A stretch of 64,000 bases of DNA from IMG/VR virus record IMGVR_UViG_3300045284_000132. One strand, 5' to 3'. The DNA is from an uncultured virus (IMG/VR IMGVR_UViG_3300045284_000132) (taxonomy: Duplodnaviria; Heunggongvirae; Uroviricota; Caudoviricetes). Each line of letters opens with the position of its first letter. Position 1 is the stretch's first letter. Made by a program: the position numbers and the translations under genes. Positions 39,733-50,431 of the stretch are shown piece after piece. The notes below the pieces were generated by a model. It was not told the DNA's origin, did not search any database, and saw only the letters and a program-made list of their open reading frames with translations.

Positions 39733-40244
39733 TGCCCGGTCGCACGCAATACGGAATGCCCTCGAACCCGTGGCGGGACAAGTATCAGCAAGCATCATTC
39801 CGTGGCGCGATCTTTCACACGGAAACTGATGCAAGGAATTCCGGTCGTCGTGTTGCTCTGCATCAGTACCCAAAAAAAGATATACCCTACGCAGAGGACA
39901 TGGGCAGGCGTGCTGTTCGACATCCGATCACGGGCTATCTGATCGGCCCAAACTATATCGGCCCGCGCGATGAGTTGATCAAAGCCTTGGAGACTGAAGG
40001 ACCGGGGCAATTGATTCATCCGCTGCTCGCGCCGATGCAAGTCATCTGTGACAATTATACGATCACAGAAAGTCGTGAGCGCGGCGGTTATTGCGTGTTC
40101 GAGATGCAATTTGTTGAAGCCGGGTCCGATCAAGGATCGGTGGCGACGCAGTCAACATCGGCGCAAGCCTCACAATCTGCCGCAGCGACATCGCAAGCTG
40201 CCGCCGCCAGTTTCAATCAGCAAGTGCAGGCATTCAATCAATGA
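39732..40244 (+). CDS. Mu DNA-circularisation protein, N-terminal domain
   Basis: ASFRG, GRRVALHQYP, AEDMGR, GPGQLIHP, FVEAG. Confidence 0.88.
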   Translation: MPGRTQYGMPSNPWRDKYQQASFRGAIFHTETDARNSGRRVALHQYPKKDIPYAEDMGRRAVRHPITGYLIGPNYIGPRDELIKALETEGPGQLIHPLLAPMQVICDNYTITESRERGGYCVFEMQFVEAGSDQGSVATQSTSAQASQSAAATSQAAAASFNQQVQAFNQ

Positions 40245-40957
40245 CGCAAAGTGAATTGAAAGAGGCGATCGGGATTGTACGGTTCTTTGTGATGGCGATT
40301 ATTGCCACTGTGCCCGGAGCGCAGACCGGTAGCGCGTCGGCTGACGTGCGCCGCAAAGCGAATGACGTTTATACGAATGCCGAATTGCTGCTGCGATATG
40401 GCACGCTCAATGATGGCTCGCATATCGGCGACGCAATGCTCAATGTCGTGACGATAGCCATCGAAGCTGGCGCAACATTCGATGCGATGTATCAGACACT
40501 GATCAAGCTGCAAGCGCAAAACGTCAGCACATTGCCGGGAGAAGCCACCAAGGATGCGGGCATCACGTTTCTATTGACGGCGCTGGTGCAGATAACCGCT
40601 GCAACAGAATTCGTCAGTCGAGAGGATGTCAATTCGTATCTGACGCGAATGCTGAATGCCTTCACGCCAGCGATAGAAATTCTCGCCGATCGCGGAGACG
40701 TGCAAACATATCGCGAAGTGCTCTCGCTGCAGGCGGCGACGGTGCATGATCTAACAGAACGCGCGCGCCCGCTGCCGACGATCATCACCTATCAAACAAC
40801 GAGTCCATATCCGGCGTTGAAATTCGCTAACTGGCGTTATCCTGATTCAACGCGCAGCCCGTTTGATACGGATCAGCGAGTGACGGAATTGATTTATGAA
40901 AACAAAATCGTGCACCCGGCATTCATGCCGACGCAGGGTCGATTGCTGACGGTGTGA
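40241..40957 (+). CDS. Mu DNA-circularisation protein, C-terminal-like part
   Basis: PALKFA...ELIYENKIVHPAFMP. Confidence 0.75.
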   Translation: MTQSELKEAIGIVRFFVMAIIATVPGAQTGSASADVRRKANDVYTNAELLLRYGTLNDGSHIGDAMLNVVTIAIEAGATFDAMYQTLIKLQAQNVSTLPGEATKDAGITFLLTALVQITAATEFVSREDVNSYLTRMLNAFTPAIEILADRGDVQTYREVLSLQAATVHDLTERARPLPTIITYQTTSPYPALKFANWRYPDSTRSPFDTDQRVTELIYENKIVHPAFMPTQGRLLTV

Positions 40958-40960
40958 TGA

Positions 40961-42088
40961 ATGCCAAAACAGAAAGAGACTGTAACGCTGCAAGTCGCTG
41001 GGCAGCAATTCACCGCATGGGAACAAATACAGGCGAGTGCAGAATTCGGGACGTTTCGAGATTTTGCATTTCTTGCCACTGAGGCAGTGTCATCGTCGGG
41101 CGGCAAGTCGTCGCCGAATTGGTCAACGCTGCAGATCAGACCGGGCGATGAATGCACGATCAAATTTGCCAATCAAAAATTCCTCAATGGTCAAGTCACC
41201 TGTCGGACGGCGAATTACGGCGCGGTCAATCACAACGTGTTGTTGTCGGGGCGATCAAAGGCGTCAACGGTCACGCTCGCTGCTGCGAACATGAAGGACT
41301 TGGACGGCGGGCAGTTTCGCGGGCAGACATGGAAAGCAATTGCCGAACGCGTGTTGAAAAACTTTCAAGGCATTAAATTAATCATCAGAGGCAAGAACGA
41401 ATATATGGATATTCCGTTTGATGATGCGCAAGTCAATCCCGGCGAAACGTGTTTTCTATTTCTCGCTCGCTTGGCGAATGTCAAAGCGCTCACGTTGATG
41501 GATGACGATGATGGTAACTTAGTTGCGGTAGCCTCGATCGAAGACGCTGAGAGCGCAACCGGAGGCGATCTAATCGAGGGGAAAAATATTCTGACGGCGA
41601 GCGGTCGCATCGAAAACACGACGCTATTTCCCAAGCAAATAAACATCAGTCAGAGAAACGGCAACAACAAGATATGGGGACGCAAGGCGTGTCAAGGAGC
41701 CGCGCACGCGGAGAGCGATTCTGTGACGGGTTACAAGCCCTACATTCATCTTGCTGATCATCCGCAAACCAGCGAGGAATGTGTAGGGCGCACGAATTAT
41801 GAAGGCATCTGGAATTTCAACGACAACATCGCGGTCGATATTACGGTAGTTGGCTGGCAGCGAGGCGGCAGCGGCGATTTGTGGAAAATAGCTGATAAAG
41901 TACGCGTTGACTCTCCGATGCTGATGCTCAATCAACAATTAAGTATTCAGCGTGTGACGTTCACGCAGGACAATGATCAAGGATCGTTGGCGCATTTGCA
42001 TCTGGTCAAGAGACTAAGTCGATCGCAAATCAGTATAACGCCCCCGATGGGTGCACCGTCAGACGCGAAGACGGGAACAGGTAAATGA
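40961..42088 (+). CDS. Baseplate hub (Mu gpP-like)
   Basis: IRPGDEC, LSGRSK, VNPGETCF, DDDDGNL, ITVVGW. Confidence 0.85.
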   Translation: MPKQKETVTLQVAGQQFTAWEQIQASAEFGTFRDFAFLATEAVSSSGGKSSPNWSTLQIRPGDECTIKFANQKFLNGQVTCRTANYGAVNHNVLLSGRSKASTVTLAAANMKDLDGGQFRGQTWKAIAERVLKNFQGIKLIIRGKNEYMDIPFDDAQVNPGETCFLFLARLANVKALTLMDDDDGNLVAVASIEDAESATGGDLIEGKNILTASGRIENTTLFPKQINISQRNGNNKIWGRKACQGAAHAESDSVTGYKPYIHLADHPQTSEECVGRTNYEGIWNFNDNIAVDITVVGWQRGGSGDLWKIADKVRVDSPMLMLNQQLSIQRVTFTQDNDQGSLAHLHLVKRLSRSQISITPPMGAPSDAKTGTGK

Positions 42089-42089
42089 G

Positions 42090-43067
42090 ATGCGGGCGTC
42101 ACCGCTAGAATTAGCGAACCGCGTTTATAACATGCTGTCGCGGGCGATCTTGACTAAAAAAGTTGACGACACGCTGCTGCTGCAGGAATACGAGATCGAA
42201 TTATTTGCTGATGAAAAGCGCAAAGGTGTTGAGCGCTTTCAATTTCCGTTCCTGACATCTGTTCCACATGAGGGTGGGAAAGGTCCGGGGAATGACGAGG
42301 GAAAAAAATTCGCCGAGATGATTGTTGCCTGTATTGGCGGCAATCGTTCGCACATGGTCATCCTCGCGGTCGATGATCGTCGCTATCGCATCTGCGGTTT
42401 AGAGCAGGGCGAATTGATGATCCACGACGAACAGGGGCAGCAAGTCCACATCACGCGCAAAGGGATTAACGGGTCGGTCCCGCACGATCGCTTCATCGAT
42501 TTCAGGATCATGAAAAAAGATTCTGGTGATCCCGACAAGCCGATGAAAGAAATCCAAGCCAGCAAAACCAAGAACGAAGATTGGCTTGCGACGATTCACT
42601 TTGATCGCACGACGATGACGGTCACGCATCGCGATAAAGACAAAGACAAAGATGGCAATGAAGTCCATCCGACCGTCAAGGAGCAGATAGTCGATAAGGA
42701 CGGCAACGCCGTCACGTCGATGACGATGGATAAGGACGGGATTACTTGGACGACGAACGGGACATTGACTTGGAACGCGCCGACTATGAAGTGGCACGGA
42801 ACCGGGGACGACTCGAAAATGAATTGGGATGCGAAACGAATGACGCACGACTCTGAAGCCAGTCACGACATCAAGGCGGTTCGCACGACGATCACAAGCA
42901 AGGCGGCAACGCAAGATGAGAGCAAGTCACTGATCGAGTTGGTGACGCCTAGTGATAGCGGCGGTCAAGTGATACTCGGGACAGAACAGACTGGCGACGA
43001 TAGTAAGGCTCGACAAGTCGTCACTGTGCAGGGCGATGCGAAGCATACGAAGGCGCTGCCTGCCTGA
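42090..43067 (+). CDS. Baseplate spike (Mu gp45-like)
   Basis: GGNRSH..I.AVDDRRYR..GLEQGE.MIHD. Confidence 0.85.
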   Translation: MRASPLELANRVYNMLSRAILTKKVDDTLLLQEYEIELFADEKRKGVERFQFPFLTSVPHEGGKGPGNDEGKKFAEMIVACIGGNRSHMVILAVDDRRYRICGLEQGELMIHDEQGQQVHITRKGINGSVPHDRFIDFRIMKKDSGDPDKPMKEIQASKTKNEDWLATIHFDRTTMTVTHRDKDKDKDGNEVHPTVKEQIVDKDGNAVTSMTMDKDGITWTTNGTLTWNAPTMKWHGTGDDSKMNWDAKRMTHDSEASHDIKAVRTTITSKAATQDESKSLIELVTPSDSGGQVILGTEQTGDDSKARQVVTVQGDAKHTKALPA

Positions 43068-43963
43068 TGTCAAAGATTCACATCATCTCGGCGATGGGGA
43101 ATGCGGCGGAACAGCCGATCACTGCTGCTGCGTTGACTGATCTTGACAGCATAGATTCAAATCGCGTGCACGTCGTCGGGCCGATCGCGCCTGATCCTGT
43201 GGTGACGATCAATTCATTCGGTCCCGGCACACTGGTAGAAAAGCGCGTTCGCTTCGATGCTCGCGTGATCATTCATCATAATCCGCCTAACCTGATCTTG
43301 TTGAGCGGGAAGGATCGGACACCGAACGCTGGCGACGTTGGCAAATATTATGCTGACAGCAACGGCGTGTGGCGCGAAGAGTCATGGGACGCTGCGCCGT
43401 GGACGCAGATTTTTACAGTTACGCCACCGGGCGGCAAAGTTTATGTGCCTGTCGGGTTTACTCAAGCATTCATCAGAATGCAGGCACCGGGCGGGCACAA
43501 TGGAACAGGAGTAGGAGGAGCGCCGTATCATTTCGGAGCTAATGGCGGTTATCTGGAAAAAACCGTTCAAGCAGTTGCTGGGCAATATGCATCGCTTTCC
43601 TTGGTTTTAACGCCATCAAATTCAACTACGCAATCGCAATTTTTGACATCTGCCGGTGGATCACCGCCGCCACCATATCCTGACACGTGGTCGATACCCA
43701 CACTAACAGTAACTGGTGGTTCGCAGTTAGGCATCGGAGCGCCTCAAGGCGGGACCGCGAGCGGTGGCGATGTCAACACTCCCGGATTGGTTGGCAGCTT
43801 CGTCGGCGGCGTAGCGGCTATGCCTGCTGGGCCAATGTGCGCAGCGCAGTCAATCAATTCAGGGCATGCAGTTGGATTGGATTACGGCGGGGGGTGTGTT
43901 TCTGTTGATGGAGTCAACACGTTGGGTGGGAATGGTTTTTGCTCAATCACATGGGGACGCTGA
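43067..43963 (+). CDS. Gly-rich putative tail/baseplate accessory protein
   Basis: Coupled ORF; GGTASGGDVN motif. Confidence 0.6.
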   Translation: MSKIHIISAMGNAAEQPITAAALTDLDSIDSNRVHVVGPIAPDPVVTINSFGPGTLVEKRVRFDARVIIHHNPPNLILLSGKDRTPNAGDVGKYYADSNGVWREESWDAAPWTQIFTVTPPGGKVYVPVGFTQAFIRMQAPGGHNGTGVGGAPYHFGANGGYLEKTVQAVAGQYASLSLVLTPSNSTTQSQFLTSAGGSPPPPYPDTWSIPTLTVTGGSQLGIGAPQGGTASGGDVNTPGLVGSFVGGVAAMPAGPMCAAQSINSGHAVGLDYGGGCVSVDGVNTLGGNGFCSITWGR

Positions 43964-43966
43964 CGA

Positions 43967-44512
43967 ATGACAGACATTCGCATCATCAACGTTGTCACGC
44001 TGCAGCCGCTAGTATCGATGGATATTTTACTGAAGCCGATCGGCACGCTGGACGAAACACAAGAGCTTGCAACAAGTGTGTTGATCGCAATCGGCACTGA
44101 TCGACTTGCTGAGCCGGACGATGATCTGCCCGATCTGCTCGGCCCGGACGGTGTTCCTGATCGACGCGGATGGTGGGGCGATGTTGATGCAGACCTCCTG
44201 CATCACGGATGGCCGATCGGCTCGCGCTTGTGGGAATTGATGCGCGCGAAAATCACGCCGATCGAAGCTCGCATCGGCTCGACGCTTGGTCGTGCTGAAA
44301 TGTATACGCGCGAAGCGCTGCAGCCGTTCATCGATCAAGGTGTGTGCACGCGTATTGATGTTGAGGCGGCGCGCACCGACAATGAAACGATTCAAGTGCA
44401 CTTCACGATGTATCGCGGCCCGCTTCCTGCCATCTCGCTACAATTCCAAAACCTGTGGGATGAAATCAGAACGATCGCTTGGCAAGACCCGTACTCGTCT
44501 CCCTCCGAATAA
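43967..44512 (+). CDS. Baseplate protein (Mu gp46-like)
   Basis: RRGWWGD, IGSRLWEL.RAK, REALQP. Confidence 0.9.
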   Translation: MTDIRIINVVTLQPLVSMDILLKPIGTLDETQELATSVLIAIGTDRLAEPDDDLPDLLGPDGVPDRRGWWGDVDADLLHHGWPIGSRLWELMRAKITPIEARIGSTLGRAEMYTREALQPFIDQGVCTRIDVEAARTDNETIQVHFTMYRGPLPAISLQFQNLWDEIRTIAWQDPYSSPSE

Positions 44513-44527
44513 ACAGGAAGTCATCTG

Positions 44528-45649
44528 ATGCCGTGGATCACGCCAAGCCTGCGAGACGTGCGCGCCATGACGCGCGACGGCATCGCTGCTGCGTTGGCGA
44601 CAGTCGCCATTCCAAAGCAGCGACTTCTTGCTGCGCTCAATGCGGCAGCGTCGCTCGGCAATTCCATGCTGCGCGTGCTGTCGGATGGCGTGTCAGGACT
44701 GGCGCATCTAGTCCTGCGCTACATCGACTGGCTCGCAAAACAAATCATGCCGGATTCCGCGGAAACGGAATGGCTAGACCGTCACGGTCAAATCTGGTTG
44801 ACGAATGCGGATGGCACCAAGGGACGGAAGGCAGCGGAGTACGCGACCGGCACTGTGACTGTCACCGGCACGCAAGGCGTCGTCGTGCCTGCGGCAGCGC
44901 AATTGAACACCCCTGAAATTTCGTTCGAGACATTGCAGGCTGTCACTGTCTCGGGCGGCGGTTCTGATGTGCCAGTGCGCGCGCTCGATCCGGGCGCGCT
45001 CGGCAATCTAGTCGTCGGCGCGACGCTGCAATTCGACATTGCGATTGATGGCGTTGATGGCACAGCAATTGCTGAGAATGATTTTCAAGGCGGCGCGGAT
45101 ACTGAGACCGACGACGATCTGCGCGCGCGCGTGCTTGAAAGAATTCAGCAGCCGCCGATGGGCGGATCGCAGGAAGATTATGTGCGCTGGGCGCTCGAAG
45201 TCAGCGGCGTCACTAGGGCGTGGGCATCACCTAACGAAATGGGAATCGGAACAATCGTCGTTCGTTTCATGATGGATATTCTGCGAGCAAGCAGCAACGG
45301 TGTTCCAACAGCGGAAGACGTGTTGAGGGTCGCAGCGTGGATTGACTCGAAGCGACCGGTGGCGGTTAAGGATTGCTTCACCGTGGCACCGATTCCGTTC
45401 CCGCTCAACATGCACGTCACTGCACTAGCAACTGATAATTCCGCAACGCGCGCAGGTATCGAATCAGAATTGCGCGAAATGTTCTTGAACGAATCCTATC
45501 CGGGCGCGACGATCTATCGATCGTGGGTCGATGGGGCAATTACGAATGCAATGGGCGAAGCTCATCATGAATTGCAATACATCACGATGACAGCGCCGAC
45601 GCCGGGGCATCTGCCAGTCTTGGGCTCGATTATTTATGCCGGTGGCTAA
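44528..45649 (+). CDS. Baseplate J-like protein (Mu gp47)
   Basis: PDSAETEWLDRH, GGADTETDDDLRAR, DYVRWALEVSGVTRAW. Confidence 0.92.
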   Translation: MPWITPSLRDVRAMTRDGIAAALATVAIPKQRLLAALNAAASLGNSMLRVLSDGVSGLAHLVLRYIDWLAKQIMPDSAETEWLDRHGQIWLTNADGTKGRKAAEYATGTVTVTGTQGVVVPAAAQLNTPEISFETLQAVTVSGGGSDVPVRALDPGALGNLVVGATLQFDIAIDGVDGTAIAENDFQGGADTETDDDLRARVLERIQQPPMGGSQEDYVRWALEVSGVTRAWASPNEMGIGTIVVRFMMDILRASSNGVPTAEDVLRVAAWIDSKRPVAVKDCFTVAPIPFPLNMHVTALATDNSATRAGIESELREMFLNESYPGATIYRSWVDGAITNAMGEAHHELQYITMTAPTPGHLPVLGSIIYAGG

Positions 45650-46380
45650 TGGCGGAAATAGAACAGGAGTTTGATCGGCATATTCGGCGCACGGGCGACG
45701 ATTACGCCCAAGCGCTCGCTGATCTGCTGCCTACCGGACCCGCGTGGCCGCGCGAAGACTCTTCGACGTTGATGCGTTTGGTCAACGGACTTGCTCATAT
45801 ATTCGGTTACGTTGACGCGCGCGCTGCCGATTTTCTCGAACGTGAAAGCGATCCGCGCAAGACGTTGGAGATGCTTGATACATGGGAATTTAATTGGGGA
45901 CTTCCCGATCCCTGCTACCGGCAAGCTCAAACAATAGATCAGCGGCATCAGTTGTTGCTGTTCAAGATGACGCTGCTAGGCGCGCAGGATCGTCAATTCT
46001 TTATCGATATGGCAGCGTGGTTAGGGTACGAAATAACCATCACGGAATATGCGCCCTTCATGGCTGGCGTTTCGCAAGCTGGCGACACGCGCGGGATGAT
46101 CAATTGGAATGATACGCCGGGGCAACATCCTGAAGTGATCGACTATCGCTGGCAAATAATGGCACCAGAGGGACGATTCTACTGGACGGTTCACATCATC
46201 AACGCGCCGTTGACGTGGTTTCGATCAGCAGCGGGGCAAGCAGGCGTCGATCCGCATTTGAGAATCGGCTATGCGAGAGACCTTGAATGTTTGTTGAATC
46301 GCTGGAAGCCTGCCCACACTCTGATCGTGTACGATTATTCGAATCTCAAAACCGGCGATCCGATGGCGGGTACGCCTTGA
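45649..46380 (+). CDS. Baseplate protein (Mu gp48/YmfQ-like)
   Basis: LLPTGPAW, WGLPDPC, LECLLNRWKPAHT. Confidence 0.9.
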   Translation: MAEIEQEFDRHIRRTGDDYAQALADLLPTGPAWPREDSSTLMRLVNGLAHIFGYVDARAADFLERESDPRKTLEMLDTWEFNWGLPDPCYRQAQTIDQRHQLLLFKMTLLGAQDRQFFIDMAAWLGYEITITEYAPFMAGVSQAGDTRGMINWNDTPGQHPEVIDYRWQIMAPEGRFYWTVHIINAPLTWFRSAAGQAGVDPHLRIGYARDLECLLNRWKPAHTLIVYDYSNLKTGDPMAGTP

Positions 46381-46405
46381 TCGATCAAACTAAAGGATCA
46401 GCGAC

Positions 46406-48052
46406 ATGAAGTATGTGCCGCCATACGGGACGACCAGCCCGAATCCTGATTCGGTTGCGTACATCAACGGAGACCCGTCGATCGGGCGTCAAGGATCGAT
46501 TCCGCCTGCAGCAGTGTTCGAAAATCCGCAGCGTGAAATCGTCAATCTGATTAACGATTCTACGCAGACGCCGATCGATGAGGATTTGCATCAGACAACG
46601 CGCGCAGTGCGCGATGGCAAATTAAATTTCTGTGTCGATAGCGGCCCGCTCAATCAATTGCAAATCGTTATGCCGGGTCCGCCCATTCAAGCCTACACCG
46701 CTGGACTCACTGTTCGCATACTGGTTGCGCATACGAACACTGGTCCGGTACGCATCACGATCGGCACTCTCAATCCGACTGCACTGAAGCGACCGGATGG
46801 TTCTGAGTTGGCAGCGAATGACATTCTCGCTGGACAGATCGCCACTTGCGTATCAGATGGCACGTATTTCCAATTGCAGAACATCGGCCCGTCAACAGGC
46901 GGGGGCGCGCCGAGTGTCACGATGGTGGACATTCCTTACGTCCATGACACAAGCGTGAATGCAAATCGACTCATCGGACTTTTTTCACCACCACTTATTG
47001 ATATTCGAGAGGGACGCACAGTTGAAGTCAAAGTGTTGAACAACATCACGGGTCCAACCACATTCATTCCTAACAATTTTCCTGAACACAATGTGGCGCA
47101 TCCCGACGGGTCTCCGCTCAAAGCTGGCGACTTAGTGAACAATCAAATTGCTCTGCTTTGTTTCGACGGCGTGCAGTGGCAATTGCTCGGCGTATATTTC
47201 AGCGTTCCCGTCGTGCCGCCAGTCGTGCCCAGCGTCGCAACTGGCAAATCGTTGAAGCTCTGGTATCGACAGCCTGATCAATCATCACATCTGCGCCGCA
47301 TCCCGTCGATCAACGGCAATCATCAAGTGTTCACTGTCAGCATGTTCTATCGGCGCAATGATCTTGGAATCGCTGGCGTCAACTTCGGTGGCTCGATTGC
47401 ACAAGGCGTCGAGTGCCCATTCTCCTGCGGACAGGCTGCTGCAACGTGGGGCGGAACGCCTAATGCCGCGTTTTATTTGGGCGTCTATATGCAGGAGAAT
47501 TGGTACAACAATGCCCCGTCGTTTCAACTGACATGGAATTTTTCGCAGGTCGCAAATTCAAGCGTAGGGGCTCCGGGGTTGTTCGCTCGCAACATCGCGG
47601 CGGATACGAAATGGCATCATTGGCTGCTGAGTGGCGACGGCGCGCTATTCAGTTTGTGGGTTGATGGCGTTCTAACTAATCAAGCTGCAGTACATGGCGA
47701 TACGCCGATCAATTCAACACTGTGGCATGAAATCGGAACGGTTTCGGATTACGGTTCGCCGGGATTTTCCTACAACGAATACTATGGCTGCAATTGGACA
47801 ATTGCTGAATTCTATTTGCTGGACGGTTATTGTCAGACGTTCGACAAATTCTCGCAAAACATCGGCGGCGTCGTTCTGCCAAAAACATATAGCGGCCCGT
47901 GGGGCACGAATGGTTGCTATCTGAATTTCAGTGATAGCAGCGCAGCGACTGAAACAACTTTGGGAAAAGATCAATCCGGCAACGGCAACAATTGGGTTCC
48001 ATACAACATCTCCAACGCCGACGTGACGACAGACTATCCGCGAGGGAACTAA
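46406..48052 (+). CDS. Tail fibre with two repeated modules and a C-terminal LamG/ConA-like domain
   Basis: ENPQREIVNLI N-terminus; repeated (R/H)PDGS..L...D...Q....(S/F)DG..(F/W)QL; KWHH, WVDGV, LGKDQSGNGNNW. Confidence 0.8.
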   Translation: MKYVPPYGTTSPNPDSVAYINGDPSIGRQGSIPPAAVFENPQREIVNLINDSTQTPIDEDLHQTTRAVRDGKLNFCVDSGPLNQLQIVMPGPPIQAYTAGLTVRILVAHTNTGPVRITIGTLNPTALKRPDGSELAANDILAGQIATCVSDGTYFQLQNIGPSTGGGAPSVTMVDIPYVHDTSVNANRLIGLFSPPLIDIREGRTVEVKVLNNITGPTTFIPNNFPEHNVAHPDGSPLKAGDLVNNQIALLCFDGVQWQLLGVYFSVPVVPPVVPSVATGKSLKLWYRQPDQSSHLRRIPSINGNHQVFTVSMFYRRNDLGIAGVNFGGSIAQGVECPFSCGQAAATWGGTPNAAFYLGVYMQENWYNNAPSFQLTWNFSQVANSSVGAPGLFARNIAADTKWHHWLLSGDGALFSLWVDGVLTNQAAVHGDTPINSTLWHEIGTVSDYGSPGFSYNEYYGCNWTIAEFYLLDGYCQTFDKFSQNIGGVVLPKTYSGPWGTNGCYLNFSDSSAATETTLGKDQSGNGNNWVPYNISNADVTTDYPRGN

Positions 48053-48054
48053 AC

Positions 48055-48537
48055 ATGCCGTCATTCACAACGCGCCCCGATCCCAGATATTATCAGGCGG
48101 TCGTCCAACACGATGATGGATCATATACTGCTGATCAAAAACCGCTCGATGATCGGCCCGTCACTCTCATGGATTTTGCCAAAGGGGAGTACGTCACTGC
48201 CACCATTCCCGGTTTGCGCTCGACCATCATCAGCGAAATGATCAATCCGCAAACGACAAACATGATCTATCAATACGCGCCGGATTGGATGCAGCGCAAC
48301 GCCAACAATATTATCTCGCAGCCGGGTAATTACACCGCACAACAAGTGCAAAATGCCAAGGACTTGTGGACGTGGGTCAATCAGATGGTCGCACATAGCA
48401 ATGGCATTTCTGCCACTGTGCAAGCGATGACGTTCGAGCAACTAGTCACCTTCGTTGTGCCGACGACGGGCTGGCCCGCGCCGCCAGCATCGTTAGTGCC
48501 AGTGGCACCAACATCGCTGAAAACCTACGGTGCGTAG
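48055..48537 (+). CDS. Hypothetical protein, possibly fibre assembly
   Basis: Follows the fibre gene; C-terminal GWPAPP. Confidence 0.55.
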   Translation: MPSFTTRPDPRYYQAVVQHDDGSYTADQKPLDDRPVTLMDFAKGEYVTATIPGLRSTIISEMINPQTTNMIYQYAPDWMQRNANNIISQPGNYTAQQVQNAKDLWTWVNQMVAHSNGISATVQAMTFEQLVTFVVPTTGWPAPPASLVPVAPTSLKTYGA

Positions 48538-48539
48538 AC

Positions 48540-49019
48540 ATGCCAGCACCTACAAATATTCTGCTGCTTCCTGTTGTGTTGATGTCCGTCGAGACATTGA
48601 CCAATGCGGATTGGCTCGATGGTCTCGAATATTGGACCGATGAGAGTCACGACACGCCGATTGATCTGACGGGCATCAGCTTCGAAATGGAAATGCGAGC
48701 AGCACCGCAATTCGCGACCGTCGTGCTGCACGCTTCGACTGTCAACGGCTTGATCCGATTGTATGCGAATTCGTGGCAGTTGATGGTACCATCAACAACA
48801 ATGATGTTGATACCGACTGGCGATTATGTGTTTGATATGCTGGCGCGCGCTGACGGTTACACGCGCAATCTGATTCAATCGTCCGTCAAAGTCGATCTAG
48901 GAATTACTCGAACAGATTATCCAACTATTAGTCCGTCACTCGCGCCGCCGCCTCAGACGATTCCGCGCCTCGTATCGGTGCACGCCAATTCGAATTCGCG
49001 CCCAAGGAAAGTCGCATGA
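48540..49019 (+). CDS. Putative fibre adaptor (BppU-N-like)
   Basis: PIDLTGISFEMEMR, GDYVFDM. Confidence 0.6.
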   Translation: MPAPTNILLLPVVLMSVETLTNADWLDGLEYWTDESHDTPIDLTGISFEMEMRAAPQFATVVLHASTVNGLIRLYANSWQLMVPSTTMMLIPTGDYVFDMLARADGYTRNLIQSSVKVDLGITRTDYPTISPSLAPPPQTIPRLVSVHANSNSRPRKVA

Positions 49020-50431
49020 CGATCAACAGCGTCACCGTCATCAACGGATCAGCAGGAAATATCGGGCCTCCGGGTCCTCCCGGCCCCAGCTATGACGCGA
49101 CATCGATCACGCAGAACAACATCAGCGTCGGAGCGCATTCGTTCACGACGCAAACAAATCTTGCGTATCTGACGGGCGCGCGCGTTCGCGTCATATCAAT
49201 CGCAAATCCTGACGATAATTGGATGGAAGGGATTGTCACGTCTTACGCTGACAATCAAATAAATATTGATTCAATTCTGTTGAGCCCGACGCGCGATGGT
49301 TTTGCACATTCTGATTGGGCATTCAACATTGCGGGCGAACCCGGTCAGCAAGGGGCTGACGGCATCAACGGTGTGTCGGGCACCAATGGCAATCTGATCT
49401 ATCAAGGGGCCGCACCGCCGACTAATCTGAATCCTGCGTCGCCGACTGACGGTGACTGGTACATGCAATTTGATACGGCGGCAGCACCGCCGCAGCCTGC
49501 GCATCTGTGGGGTCCGTACAATCACGCAGCAACAAATAAGTGGGGCACGTCAGGCATTCTGCTGGCGACCGGCCCAGCGGGTCCTGCTGGCCCGCAAGGT
49601 GCGCCGGGAAGTCAGGGCGCTCAAGGCCCAGCAGGCGCGCAAGGAAGTCCGGGACCTCCCGGCAGTCAGGGTGTGCCGGGGAATCAAGGACCCATAGGTC
49701 CGCAAGGCGCTGGTTATTTTGCGACTTCGCTCACATCGAACACGATCGGCATCGGCAGCTTGACGTGGGCGACGCAAACCGGCCTTGCCTATCAAGTCGG
49801 TTCGCGAGTGCGCGTGTCGGCCGCTTCCGCACCGACGAATTGGGTTGAAGGCGGTATCACCGCCTACGCTTCCGGCAACATGACGATTGCCGTTGATCTA
49901 ACAAACGGCAGCGGAACGTTTGCGAATTGGAATTTCGACATCGCTGGTCTTCGCGGTGTTCAAGGACCGGCTGGCGCGGCTGGGGCGGGCAGCGGCGATA
50001 TGCTCGCCGCGAATAATCTTTCTGATTTGACGGACATGGCTGCTGCTCGAAGCAATCTGCAACTCGCAGCCGTCGCGCATTCCGGTGATTACAACGATCT
50101 ATCAAATAGACCGAGTCAAACGATTCCAGCCGCACAACGATCTGTGACATCTAGCCCGGTCGCAGTGAATGTGAACGATGACGTGATCAACATCAACATC
50201 GGGACCGGATCGCCAGTCTGCACATTGCCATCGGCAACATCGCGTGTCGGTCGCGTGATCATATTCAAGGATGTCGGCGGGCATTTTGGGAGCAACAATT
50301 TCACGCTCACGCCAGCAGGCGCGGAACGAATGGACGGACTCGCTACTCTGACGATGAACACAAACTTTGGGCGACTGACGCTTCGCCCGATGAATGATGG
50401 CGTGAACACGGGTTGGAGTATCGAGCCGTGA
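49016..50431 (+). CDS. Collagen-like tail fibre protein
   Basis: G-X-Y repeats; duplicated ATS....I..G....TQT.LAY..G.RVRV module. Confidence 0.8.
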   Translation: MTINSVTVINGSAGNIGPPGPPGPSYDATSITQNNISVGAHSFTTQTNLAYLTGARVRVISIANPDDNWMEGIVTSYADNQINIDSILLSPTRDGFAHSDWAFNIAGEPGQQGADGINGVSGTNGNLIYQGAAPPTNLNPASPTDGDWYMQFDTAAAPPQPAHLWGPYNHAATNKWGTSGILLATGPAGPAGPQGAPGSQGAQGPAGAQGSPGPPGSQGVPGNQGPIGPQGAGYFATSLTSNTIGIGSLTWATQTGLAYQVGSRVRVSAASAPTNWVEGGITAYASGNMTIAVDLTNGSGTFANWNFDIAGLRGVQGPAGAAGAGSGDMLAANNLSDLTDMAAARSNLQLAAVAHSGDYNDLSNRPSQTIPAAQRSVTSSPVAVNVNDDVININIGTGSPVCTLPSATSRVGRVIIFKDVGGHFGSNNFTLTPAGAERMDGLATLTMNTNFGRLTLRPMNDGVNTGWSIEP

